Source: an uncultured Trueperaceae bacterium (GTDB lineage: Bacteria > Deinococcota > Deinococci > Deinococcales > Trueperaceae). From it: a stretch of 64,000 nt of DNA. The notes below the pieces were generated by a model. The model worked only from the letters and a program-made list of their open reading frames with translations. It made no database searches and was not told the DNA's origin. The position numbers were made by a program, and so were the translations under genes. Below, piece after piece: positions 18,035-27,395 of the stretch (positions within the stretch are counted from its first letter, which is position 1; every line of letters starts with the position of its first letter). The stretch spans positions 71,499-135,498 of the forward strand of contig CAVSGP010000014.1 of the NCBI GenBank assembly GCA_963727505.1, read 5' to 3'.

Positions 18035-19387
18035 TCAGTTCTTCGGCAGGCCCTTGAGCTGGTCGGCCAGGATCTCGTTGGCCGTGGCGTTGGCGGTCTT
18101 CAGGGTGTCGGCGACCGGCGCGCCGTCCATGATGGCGGCCATGTCGCTGGCGATCTCGTCGCGCACGAAGTCGTAGCCGGGCACGGGGGGCTCGGCGATG
18201 CCGTAGGGAAGCAGGTCGAAGGCCGTCTTGTAGGCCGGGTGCGTGTCGAAGTAGTCGGTGAGCTGGTTCGCCACGCTCTTGCGTACCGGGAAGTACTCGC
18301 TGGCCTTGGCCCACTGGGCCTGCACCGTGGGGCTGGTGTAGTACTCGATGAAGATCCAGGACGCCAGGTTGGCCTCCTTGGAGTGGCCGGTGGGGATGCT
18401 GACGCTGGCCCCGTAGATGTTCATGACCGGGTCGGGCGTGGTGTGGGGGATGGCGGCCACGCTCCAGGAGAACTTGGCGCCCTCGTCGACGGCGCTCTTG
18501 TAGAAAGGCAGCCCCGAGGAGGAGCCGACGGTGAAGAGCGTGCGGCTGGCGCCGAAGTCGGTCTGGTCGCCGTAGTTCTCGGTGACGATGCTGGCGCACC
18601 CCTGGTCGAACAGTCCCTGCAGGAACGTCATCGCCTGGTTCGCGGCCTCGGAGTCGTAGGTGAAGCGGTTGGCGTTGTCATCGAAGATGTTGCCGCCGAA
18701 TGCGAAGGTCCAGCTCGCGAAGCGGCTGGCGTCGATGGACAGCTCGTAGCCGATGGAGCCGCGGGTGGTGGCCTTGCTGTAGGGGCTCTTGGTGGCGGCG
18801 CAGGCGGCCTGTTGGAACTGCGCCGGGGTGGTGGGGGGGCCGTCGAAGTCGACCTTGCCGGCCGCGCGCAGCTCCTTCAGCCAGTCGATGTTGTAGTACA
18901 GGACCTCCATCGAGCGGTTGGGTGGGAAGCCGTAGCGTGCGCCCCCGAAGCTCGGGAACACGTCTGCGCTGAAGAAGCCGGGGAAGAAGTCTGCCTTGTC
19001 GGCGGCGCTGATGCCCCACTTGGGCGAGTCCACCAGGGGTCGCATGTCGGTGACGCCGTTGCCGAGCGCGTACGTGGCCGACTGGTTCTGGTAGGCGACG
19101 ACGATGTTGGGCGCGTCGCTGGTGCCGAGCACGGGCAACATCTTGCGGAAGATGTCGTTGTAGCCGCCCTGGTACTCGGCCTTGACGGTGATGTTGTAGG
19201 GATTCGAGCTGTTGAACGCCGTGACGATCTCCTGCAGCACCGTCTCGCGGTCGAGCGTGTGCTGGTGCCAGAAGGTGATGGTCTGGCCGGTGGGGTCGAC
19301 GTTCTCGTAGGTGGCCTGGGCCGATGCCGTGGCCGCGATGGCGAAGAGCCAGACGGCCCCCAATAGGACGAACAGACCTCGCTTCAT
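18035..19387 (-). CDS. Carbohydrate (CUT1/UgpB-like) ABC substrate-binding protein
   Basis: Signal peptide, ITFWHQH, YQGGYND, PNRSMEVLYYN. Confidence 0.85.
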   Translation of the reverse strand: MKRGLFVLLGAVWLFAIAATASAQATYENVDPTGQTITFWHQHTLDRETVLQEIVTAFNSSNPYNITVKAEYQGGYNDIFRKMLPVLGTSDAPNIVVAYQNQSATYALGNGVTDMRPLVDSPKWGISAADKADFFPGFFSADVFPSFGGARYGFPPNRSMEVLYYNIDWLKELRAAGKVDFDGPPTTPAQFQQAACAATKSPYSKATTRGSIGYELSIDASRFASWTFAFGGNIFDDNANRFTYDSEAANQAMTFLQGLFDQGCASIVTENYGDQTDFGASRTLFTVGSSSGLPFYKSAVDEGAKFSWSVAAIPHTTPDPVMNIYGASVSIPTGHSKEANLASWIFIEYYTSPTVQAQWAKASEYFPVRKSVANQLTDYFDTHPAYKTAFDLLPYGIAEPPVPGYDFVRDEIASDMAAIMDGAPVADTLKTANATANEILADQLKGLPKN

Positions 19388-19418
19388 GCTGTCTCCCTTC
19401 CCTCCTGAGGTATGGCGA

Positions 19419-20348
19419 TCATCCTTTCAGCCCCGAGGTGGCGATCCCCTCGGTGAACTGACGCTGGGTGAAGAAGTAGACCACCATGACGGGCAGGATG
19501 GTGATGACCGCTCCCGCCATGAGGTAGTGCGTCTGGGGGCCCGCTTCCGTGATGAAGGTGTAGAGGCCCACGCCGAGCGGGCGCCAGGTGGGCGTCGTCG
19601 TGACCAGGAGCGGCCACAGGAACTCGTTCCAGGTGCGTACGAAGGTCAACAGGGCGGCGGTCATCATGACGGGGCGGCTCATCGGCACCACGATCGCCGT
19701 CAGGAAGCGGAGGTGCCCGGCGCCGTCGATGCGCGCAGCGTCCCACAGCTCGTCGGGGATGCCCTGGAAGAACTGCCGGAACAGGAAGATGATGAACGCC
19801 GTCGACAGGAACGGCACGGTCAGGGCCGGCAGTTTGTTGATCCAGGAGCCCCAGGGGATGATGTCGCCCCGGATGAGCAGGAAGTTGGGGATGAACGTGA
19901 CGGTGCTGGGGATCATCAGCGTGGTGAGGAGGACCATGAAGATGATCTCGCGCCCGGGGAACTGGATCTTCGCGAAGGCGTATCCCGCCAGCGTGCAGGT
20001 GACGAGCACGCCCAGGATGACGATGGCGCTGATGACCACGCTGTTGCGGAAGTAGAGCGCGAAGTCGGCCTCCGTCCAGGCCCGCTGGTAGTTGACCCAC
20101 TGCGGGTGGGCGGGCACCAGGCGCCGATTGATGGTCTCGCCGAGTGTCATCAGCGAGGTGGAGGCCATGTAGAAGAACGGCGTGAACGAGACCAGGGCGC
20201 CTACCAGCAGCAGGAAGTAGACGGGCAACTGGGAGAGCTTGAACTCGAAGGGCTCGCTCCGGGCGCGCGCCTTCCGCCCGGCGCCGGCGCCGGGCGCGAC
20301 ACGTGCCCCGCGCACCGAACGGTTCGATTCCGATGGCAGGCTAGCCAC
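19419..20348 (-). CDS. Carbohydrate ABC permease
   Basis: IPDELWDAARIDGAG, WNEFLWPL, QRQFTEGIATSGLKG. Confidence 0.9.
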   Translation of the reverse strand: MASLPSESNRSVRGARVAPGAGAGRKARARSEPFEFKLSQLPVYFLLLVGALVSFTPFFYMASTSLMTLGETINRRLVPAHPQWVNYQRAWTEADFALYFRNSVVISAIVILGVLVTCTLAGYAFAKIQFPGREIIFMVLLTTLMIPSTVTFIPNFLLIRGDIIPWGSWINKLPALTVPFLSTAFIIFLFRQFFQGIPDELWDAARIDGAGHLRFLTAIVVPMSRPVMMTAALLTFVRTWNEFLWPLLVTTTPTWRPLGVGLYTFITEAGPQTHYLMAGAVITILPVMVVYFFTQRQFTEGIATSGLKG

Positions 20349-21519
20349 GGAACACCCCCCGTCCGAAGAAGCGACTCTGGTAGAGCGTGAGGATCAGGAT
20401 GATGGCGAACAGCACCACCGACTGCGCGGCCGCCAGGCTCCAGTTGTTGCGCTTGTAGAAGGTGTCGAAGATCACGATGCTGGCCGTATCGACGGCGTCC
20501 CGCACCGCCAGCTGGCGCATCACGTAGATGTGGGTGAACGCCTGGAAGGTTCCGATGAAGCCGAGCACCGTCAGGTAGAAGGTGACCGGCGAGAGCAGGG
20601 GCACGGTGATGTGGCGGAAGCTCTGGACGCGGTTGGCGCCATCGATGGCGGCGGCCTCGTAGAGGTCCTGCGGGATGTTGCCCAGACCCGCCAGGAAGAT
20701 CACGGCGTTGTAGCCCGTGAAGGTCCAGATGCCGAACAGGATGATCGTCACCAGCGCCAGGCTGGGGCCCGCCCAGAACCCGGTGATGTGCTCGACGCCC
20801 AGGCTGTGCAGCAGGCCCCCGAAGAGCACCTCGGTGACCGGTTTGGTCTCGAACAGCCAGCGCTGCGGCGGGATGTGCAGCCACGACAGCACGGTGTTGG
20901 CGAGGAACTCGGGTCGCGGGCTGAAGATGGCCCGGAACACCGCGGCGCCCGCGACGGCGGGAGCGACGTAGGGCAGGAAGTAGAGCATGCGGAAGAATTC
21001 GCGCCCGCGGATGCGTTGGAACAGCAGGCTCGCGACCACCAGCGCCAGCGCGATCTGGATGGGCACCGAGCCGAAGCCGTAGTACACGGTGCGCACCAGT
21101 CCTTGCAGGAAGGCGCGGTCGCCGCTCCGGACCATCAACTGCCACCCCAGGGCGACGCTCACGCCGCTGCCCAGCAAGAGCAGGGCGCCGCCGGCCTGCA
21201 GGTAGCGCCTCGCCTCGCCGCGACCGCCACCGAAGGCGTCGGTCCACAAGCCGTGCGCGACCAGAACCAGCAGCAGCCCCCCGAAGAACGCCACGGCCCC
21301 GCTGGCGTGCCCGAGGGTGTGGCTGTAGTTCTCGAGCCCGATGAACGCGCCCTGACGCACCCGCCAGCTGTACAGGCTCATGTAGAGCGCGTAGACGATG
21401 GGGAAGAGCCCGAAGATGGCGATGATCACTACCGCCGGCAGGATGAAGACATAGCCAGTCAACCACTCGCGCCATACCCGTCGTGGGAGGCGCTTGCGTG
21501 GACCGGTGTTGACCGTCAC
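20341..21519 (-). CDS. Carbohydrate ABC permease
   Basis: IPQDLYEAAAIDGA, FRHITVPLLSP; start re-assigned to GTG 21519; TATACT -10 at 21538-21543. Confidence 0.85.
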   Translation of the reverse strand: MTVNTGPRKRLPRRVWREWLTGYVFILPAVVIIAIFGLFPIVYALYMSLYSWRVRQGAFIGLENYSHTLGHASGAVAFFGGLLLVLVAHGLWTDAFGGGRGEARRYLQAGGALLLLGSGVSVALGWQLMVRSGDRAFLQGLVRTVYYGFGSVPIQIALALVVASLLFQRIRGREFFRMLYFLPYVAPAVAGAAVFRAIFSPRPEFLANTVLSWLHIPPQRWLFETKPVTEVLFGGLLHSLGVEHITGFWAGPSLALVTIILFGIWTFTGYNAVIFLAGLGNIPQDLYEAAAIDGANRVQSFRHITVPLLSPVTFYLTVLGFIGTFQAFTHIYVMRQLAVRDAVDTASIVIFDTFYKRNNWSLAAAQSVVLFAIILILTLYQSRFFGRGVFRG

Positions 21520-21615
21520 GGCCGCTTCACCACCCCAAGTATAGGTGGCGGGTCGGCGTGTGACACGGGCACCTGTCCCGCATCGGGGCACGCCGGGGGG
21601 ACGGTACAGTGCGGC

Positions 21616-22641
21616 GTGCCGGATACGTTCGAGATCGAGGTGCTGGAGGGCCTTGTGCCCTACGCGCGGCGGGAGCTGGACGCCGCCGGCTGGAGCGTCG
21701 TGGCCGAGCACGCCGACGGCCTGACGGTCCGCGCCGCCGGCCCCGATGCCCTCCTGGCGCTCCGGCTCGCCAGCGCGGTCTACCGCCGCCTCCACTTCGA
21801 CGTTCCGCGCCCCAAGGCGCTGCTCGGCGATCAGCACTTCCGACGCCTGCTGGCCGCGGTCCGCGAGGCGACCGGGCGCGGGCGCTTCCAGGGCTTCCGC
21901 TTCGCCGCGGCTGGCGCCGATTCCCCGGTGTTCCTCAGGCTGGCGCGGGCCCTGCAGGACGCCACCGGGTTGCGCTTCGACCCCGCCGCGGGGGAGCTAC
22001 TCTTGCGGGTGCGGCCCGCGCCGGACGGGCCCGGTTGGGAGGTGCTGGTGCGGTTGACGCCCAGGCCCCTGTCGGCGAGGTCCTGGCGCGTGTGCAATCG
22101 TGCTGGTGGTCTCAACGCGACGCTGGCCGCGGCGATGGTGGCCGCGTCGCAACCACGCCCCGGCGACCGCTTCCTGAACCTGATGTGTGGCTCCGGCACG
22201 CTGCTGGCCGAGCGCTTCCTGGCGGGGCGCGCCGCCGAGCTCACGGGCCTGGACCTGGACGCCGAGGCGCTGGCGTGTGCGCGCGCCAACCTGGAGGCTG
22301 CAGGTGCGGCCGAGGCCTGCCGCCTGGTGCACGCCGACGTCCGCACGGCGCCGTTGGAACCCGGCGCGTACGACGTGATTCAGGCCGATCTGCCCTGGGG
22401 CGACGCCGTGGGCAGCCATGCCGAGAACCGCTCCCTCCACCCTGCCGTGCTCGAGGCTGCCGGCCGGTTGGGGGGGCCGGACGCGCGTCTGGTGGTCTTG
22501 AACCACGAGCTCAAGCTGTTCCGCCGGGTGCTGGCGGAGCAGGGGTGGTGGCGGGTGGAGTCGGAGCGCAAGGTCGCGCACGGAGGGCATTTCCCCCACC
22601 TCTACGTGCTTCGGCGGCTCGGAGCGGGCGGAGGCCCGTGA
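21616..22641 (+). CDS. THUMP/UPF0020-type SAM-dependent RNA methyltransferase
   Basis: NLMCGSGT, GLDLD, DLPWG; start GTG 21616 after TACAGT. Confidence 0.75.
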   Translation: MPDTFEIEVLEGLVPYARRELDAAGWSVVAEHADGLTVRAAGPDALLALRLASAVYRRLHFDVPRPKALLGDQHFRRLLAAVREATGRGRFQGFRFAAAGADSPVFLRLARALQDATGLRFDPAAGELLLRVRPAPDGPGWEVLVRLTPRPLSARSWRVCNRAGGLNATLAAAMVAASQPRPGDRFLNLMCGSGTLLAERFLAGRAAELTGLDLDAEALACARANLEAAGAAEACRLVHADVRTAPLEPGAYDVIQADLPWGDAVGSHAENRSLHPAVLEAAGRLGGPDARLVVLNHELKLFRRVLAEQGWWRVESERKVAHGGHFPHLYVLRRLGAGGGP

Positions 22642-22704
22642 GGCGCGTGAGGCGCGCCCCTCACGGAACGGAGTCGCCGTCGGGGCGCGTGATAGACTCG
22701 CGGC

Positions 22705-22764
22705 GTGAGGAACGGGTGGCGCGCTCTGGGACCCTACGCGCGGCCGGGGACGGATAGGTCGTGA
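22705..22764 (+). CDS. Putative leaderless 19-aa uORF (MRNGWRALGPYARPGTDRS) coupled to the M23 gene
   Basis: TAGACT (22693-22698) + 6 nt + GTG; its stop overlaps the next start (GTGA). Confidence 0.4.
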   Translation: MRNGWRALGPYARPGTDRS

Positions 22765-23582
22765 GCCGCATGGCGCGCATCCGGCCCGGCTGGTACCTGC
22801 TCATCGCGCTGGCGCTCTATGCCCTGGTGGTGACGGTGCTGCTGCGCGGCAGCCAGGCCGAGGTGCAGCGACTGCGCGCCCAGACGGCGACGCCGGCCAC
22901 GGCATCGTCGTCTGCGGACGCGCCCGCGTCTCTGCCGCGCTCTGCCGCCGCGTCCCCGTCGAGCCCGCTCCCAGCGACCGCCCCCCGCTCGTCCGCGAAG
23001 GCGGCGGCCGGCGCGCTCGCGCCGGCTGGCCTGTGGTTTCCGCTGCCCGGGGCGGGCGTGCCGAAGGACGCCAACGACCTGCCCGGCGCGCAGCGTCCCT
23101 ATCGGCACGGGGTCAGCCAGGGCTTCGACTTCGTCGACGGTGACGCTGGAATCCCCGTTGCCTACGGTCAGCCGGTCATCGCCGCGGCCGCGGGCGAGAT
23201 CGTGCGGGCCGACACCAACTACGTCGAGATGACGCAGGACGCCTGGAAGCAGCTCCTGACCCAGGTCGGGAGCGGTGGCGCGGACGCCGGCGAGCTCGAC
23301 AAGCTGCGCGGCCGCCAGGTGTGGGAGCGGCTCCCGGACGGGCGGGTGCTGCGCTACGGCTTCCTCTCTGGCGTCCGGGACGGCATCACCACCGGCATAA
23401 GGGTCTACCGTGGCGAAGTGATCGGCTACGTCGGCAACTCCGGAACGGGCGACGGCGTGGCGCAGACGACCCTCCATCCCCGGCTCCACTTCGAGATCTG
23501 GCAGGGCGATCAGTTCTTCGGTGAGGGGCTCAAGCCCGACGAGGTCCGCATGCAGGCCGCCTCCCTGTTCGTGGGGCCCTAG
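22761..23582 (+). CDS. Membrane-anchored M23/LytM-fold protein with degenerate active site
   Basis: N-terminal TM, Ser/Ala/Pro linker, GEVIGYVGNSG, LHFEIW. Confidence 0.85.
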   Translation: MSRMARIRPGWYLLIALALYALVVTVLLRGSQAEVQRLRAQTATPATASSSADAPASLPRSAAASPSSPLPATAPRSSAKAAAGALAPAGLWFPLPGAGVPKDANDLPGAQRPYRHGVSQGFDFVDGDAGIPVAYGQPVIAAAAGEIVRADTNYVEMTQDAWKQLLTQVGSGGADAGELDKLRGRQVWERLPDGRVLRYGFLSGVRDGITTGIRVYRGEVIGYVGNSGTGDGVAQTTLHPRLHFEIWQGDQFFGEGLKPDEVRMQAASLFVGP

Positions 23583-23586
23583 GGCC

Positions 23587-24825
23587 GTGACCGACGGCCC
23601 GGACTCCCGCGCGCCGGAGGGCCAGCGCGTCACCGCTGTGGAGGTGGTGTGGCGCAACGTGTGGGTACGCGCCTGCAGCTACGTGGCGCTGGCCGCCTTC
23701 CTCGTCTACACGCTGTGGCGGTTGCGCGGCGGCTACGGCTTCGCGCTCCAGGTCGGGGTCGTCGGGTTCATCATCGCCTACATCCTCAACCCCGTGGTGG
23801 AGGCGCTCGAGCGCCTGCGCATCCGGCGCCCGGTGGCCGTGGTCATCGTGTTCTTCCTGCTGCTGAACCTACTGGTGCTCGGCTCGGTGCTGGTGAGCCA
23901 GGTGGTCACCGAGATGGGGCGCTTCGTCAACCTCGTGCCCAAGGCCATCGACAACCTGACCTCGCTGTCGACCCATTTCCAGGCATGGTTGGCGGGGGTG
24001 GTGACCAACCTGCCGGATGCCATCTCGAGCAGGCTGGGGGTGCCCGCCAACCAGACCCAGCTCAGCCAGCAGATCCGCCAGGAGCTCGTGAACTTCGCCA
24101 CCCAGCTCGCGCAGAGCCTCAACCGCCTGCTGCAGCACATCATCACCGGCGGCCCCAGCCTGTTGCTGAGCGGGGCCACGGCTGTCATCTCCACCACCTT
24201 CCAGGTGGTGCTCATCTTCATCGCCAGCGCGTACTTCCTGTACGACTACCCGCGCTTCACGTCGAACTTCCGACGGTTCGTGCCGGTGCGTTGGCGGCCC
24301 CTCTACGAGGACCTCACGGAGAAAGCCGACCGCGCGGTGGGGGGCTATTTGCGCGGCCAGCTCCTGATCACGCTGACGCTGGGAGTCCTCATCTGGCTGG
24401 GCCTGACGATCATCGGCGTGCCGCTCGCCACAGCCATCAGCTTCCTGGCCGCCATCTTCAACCTGGTGCCCTACCTGGGGCCGATCATCGGCGTGTTGCC
24501 GGCGGTGCTGTTGGGGTTGACGGTCAGTCCCCTCACCAGCGTGCTGGCGATCGTGGTGTTCCTCCTTGCCAACCAGCTCGAGGGGCACGTGCTCTCGCCG
24601 TTGATCCTGTCGCGCTCCACCAACCTCCACCCCGTCACGGTGCTGCTGGCCATCATGGCCGGGCTGGGGCTGTTCGGATTGGTGGGGGCGCTGCTGGCGG
24701 TGCCCTTGGTCGCGCTGGTCAAGGTGGTGCTGGAGGAGTACCTTCTGACGCGGCCGGCCTACGCCACGGTGCCGCCCCCGCTGACCGAAGGATCGGACGC
24801 CGCAGAGGGGGGCGACGAGCGCTAG
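23587..24825 (+). CDS. AI-2E family transporter
   Basis: AYILNPVV, YLRGQL, LVPYLGPII, LHPVTVLLAI. Confidence 0.9.
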   Translation: MTDGPDSRAPEGQRVTAVEVVWRNVWVRACSYVALAAFLVYTLWRLRGGYGFALQVGVVGFIIAYILNPVVEALERLRIRRPVAVVIVFFLLLNLLVLGSVLVSQVVTEMGRFVNLVPKAIDNLTSLSTHFQAWLAGVVTNLPDAISSRLGVPANQTQLSQQIRQELVNFATQLAQSLNRLLQHIITGGPSLLLSGATAVISTTFQVVLIFIASAYFLYDYPRFTSNFRRFVPVRWRPLYEDLTEKADRAVGGYLRGQLLITLTLGVLIWLGLTIIGVPLATAISFLAAIFNLVPYLGPIIGVLPAVLLGLTVSPLTSVLAIVVFLLANQLEGHVLSPLILSRSTNLHPVTVLLAIMAGLGLFGLVGALLAVPLVALVKVVLEEYLLTRPAYATVPPPLTEGSDAAEGGDER

Positions 24826-24844
24826 CGTCCCAACCGCGCGCCGC

Positions 24845-27268
24845 TCACGGGCGTGTGCGGTCCTGCGGCGCGGCCGGCCTCGGGTGCTGCTTGCCGTGGT
24901 ACATCAAGTCGTCGGCGCGACGCATCAGGGCGAGCGGGTCCCGGCCATCGTCCGGGAAGCGGGCGATGCCCATGCTCGCGCCCAGCACGATCCCCTCCAC
25001 CTCGACGGACTCGACTGCGCGCGCGTAGCGTTCGGCGGCGGCGCGGGCTTCGGCGTCGGAGACCTCGGGCAGCAGGAGTACGAACTCGTCGCCCCCCCAG
25101 CGGAAGGCGGCGTCGGAGGCGCGGCCCGCCGCCACGAGGACGCGCGCCACCCGTACCAGCGCCTCGTCGCCGCGGTGGTGGCCGAAGCGGTCGTTGACCT
25201 GCTTGAAGTGGTCGAGGTCGAGCATCAGGATGCTGAGCGGGTGGTCGTAGCGGCGCGCGCGCGTCAGCTCCTGCTCGAGCCTCTGGTGGAACCCCTCGCG
25301 GTTGCCCAGTCCCGTGAGTGGATCGGTGACGACCGAGCGCTGCAGCCGCTCGAGGGTCTGCGCCTGGCGCACGATCGCCCCCACCTGCTGGGCGAACGCC
25401 TCGGCCAGCCGCCTGGCCGACGAGCCGAAGGCGTTCTCGTCGGTGAAGCTGTCGATGTTGAGCATCGCCACCACGTCGCCGCTGTCGGTGATGGGGATGA
25501 ACAGGTTGGCCGCGATGTCGTCGATCCGTGCGGCCTCGACCCGCGACGTTGAGCGGTCGCCTCCGGAAGCCGCGCTGAGGTTGCGTACAGCGGAGCCACG
25601 CACGATGCGGGGCGTACCGCGGCGGTACCCCTCGGCGCCGTCCCGATACCAGGAGAGCTCGTCGGCGTCGCTGAAGGGCCCCAGGGCGCGCAAAGCGTCG
25701 ATGTCGTATCCGACCGCCGCTTCGTACCGGAACCCGTCGGTCCCGCGCACCAGGATCGACGCGGCCTCGGCGCCGGGGATGAGGCTGACCGAGGAGGTGG
25801 CCACGCGGCGATAGAGCTCGCTAGGCTCCTCCGCCCGCGCCAGGCCGCGCACGCCGTCGAGCATCGCCACAAGCTGCCGGTCCAACGTGGCGCGATCGAG
25901 CACCACGCCCAGAGAGGTAGCTACGATGTCGAGCACCCGCTCGTCGCGCGCGGTCCAGGCACGTGGGCTTCCGAGGTTCGCCAGCAGCAGCAGCGCCTGC
26001 ACGTCACCGGAGACGTTCGAGATCGGAACGATGGCCACGGCGCGCACGCCCGAGCGCTGTGCCAGCTCGCCCGACCGCGGGTCGTCGAGGGCGTCGTCGA
26101 CGAAGATCGGCTGGCGCTGCTGCCAGCCCTCGCGCAGGAGTCCGATGAACGGCAGGCCCTCGTTGAGCATGCGTCGGAGGCCGTCGGGCAGCGACCCGTG
26201 GACCGCCAGGGAGCGCAACCGCCCGTCGCGCAGGACCGTCACCGCGCCGGCCTCGAGCTCCGAGGAGGGAACCAGCTCGGCGAGCGCGGTGGCCGCGGCT
26301 TCACGGGCTCCTTCCGCCAGCAGCAGACGGCGTGTCAGCCGCGCGATGAGGGTCTGTTCGGAGCGCTGGCGCTCGAGCTCCGACAGGGCCTCGAGCCGGG
26401 CCAGGACCTCCTGGGCGATGTGGGCGAACGCTTCGAGGATGCGGCGGTCTTCGGGCCCGAAGCCGTTCGTGCGGGTCTGTTCCAGGTTCACGATGGCGCG
26501 CACCCGCCCGCTCACCAGGAGAGGCAGGGCCAGCTCGCTGCGGGTCGAGTCCACCGCCGGGTCGCCGATGTAGGCGGGGTCCTGGTGGGTGCCGGCCCGG
26601 TACTGGGGGTGGCCGTCCCGGAAGGCCCGGCCCATGACGGAGTCCAGCGGCACGTGGAAGTTGCGGGTCAGATCGGCGCGCGACGCGGCCTCGAACCGGA
26701 GGCCGCCCGCTTCCGGCACGAACACCTCGGCGTGCGAGAAGTCCTGGATCTCGGCCAGCAGGCGCGGCACCATCTGGAACAGTTCCTCCGCGGTGCGCGC
26801 CTTCTCCATGGCCAGTGCCGACTCGCTGAGCAACCTTGCCCGGCGTTCGTTGTCGCGCGCGCGTCGCTCCGAGCGGTGCCACAGCGTGAAGAGGTTGTTG
26901 CCTGCCAGGGTCGCCAGCACGAGGAGTCCGGCGAGCCCGGCCAGCTCCGGGAGCACGGGGTTGCCCGCACCGCGCGTGCGCAGCCAGGCGAGGAAGATGC
27001 CGACCGGGACGAGCGGTGCGGCGCCGCGCCAGCCCAGGCCGGTGGCAGCGATCATCAGGGGGAGCGCCAGCAGGAAGCCGAGCCACAGCTCGGGCGCGTG
27101 CAGCACCACGCCGAGGATGAAGAGCAGGGCGATGACGACGCTCCACGCGGCCGGCCCACGGCGCAGTTGCCAACGCGCCAGAAGTCCCCGCCGCACCGGC
27201 GCAGCAGGACGTGGGGCCACCATGGGGCCGTCGCGGCCCGGTGGAGGGGAGGGTTGCGGGCGCTTCAT
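24845..27268 (-). CDS. Membrane-anchored multi-GAF diguanylate cyclase (start uncertain: 27268 or 27223)
   Basis: TM helices, about three GAF-like segments ([18 protein letters not shown]), [14 protein letters not shown]-site, RWGGDEF. Confidence 0.88.
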   Translation of the reverse strand: MKRPQPSPPPGRDGPMVAPRPAAPVRRGLLARWQLRRGPAAWSVVIALLFILGVVLHAPELWLGFLLALPLMIAATGLGWRGAAPLVPVGIFLAWLRTRGAGNPVLPELAGLAGLLVLATLAGNNLFTLWHRSERRARDNERRARLLSESALAMEKARTAEELFQMVPRLLAEIQDFSHAEVFVPEAGGLRFEAASRADLTRNFHVPLDSVMGRAFRDGHPQYRAGTHQDPAYIGDPAVDSTRSELALPLLVSGRVRAIVNLEQTRTNGFGPEDRRILEAFAHIAQEVLARLEALSELERQRSEQTLIARLTRRLLLAEGAREAAATALAELVPSSELEAGAVTVLRDGRLRSLAVHGSLPDGLRRMLNEGLPFIGLLREGWQQRQPIFVDDALDDPRSGELAQRSGVRAVAIVPISNVSGDVQALLLLANLGSPRAWTARDERVLDIVATSLGVVLDRATLDRQLVAMLDGVRGLARAEEPSELYRRVATSSVSLIPGAEAASILVRGTDGFRYEAAVGYDIDALRALGPFSDADELSWYRDGAEGYRRGTPRIVRGSAVRNLSAASGGDRSTSRVEAARIDDIAANLFIPITDSGDVVAMLNIDSFTDENAFGSSARRLAEAFAQQVGAIVRQAQTLERLQRSVVTDPLTGLGNREGFHQRLEQELTRARRYDHPLSILMLDLDHFKQVNDRFGHHRGDEALVRVARVLVAAGRASDAAFRWGGDEFVLLLPEVSDAEARAAAERYARAVESVEVEGIVLGASMGIARFPDDGRDPLALMRRADDLMYHGKQHPRPAAPQDRTRP

Positions 27269-27395
27269 GATCGGTGACGGCGGCCCGTGGGGCCCGGCGC
27301 GTCCGAGGCAACGACGTGCAGGACGCGGTGGGAGCACCGCCGTGATGTCCCGATTTTCGCGTGCGGAGCTTCCGACGCGCGATAAACTACCTCAC

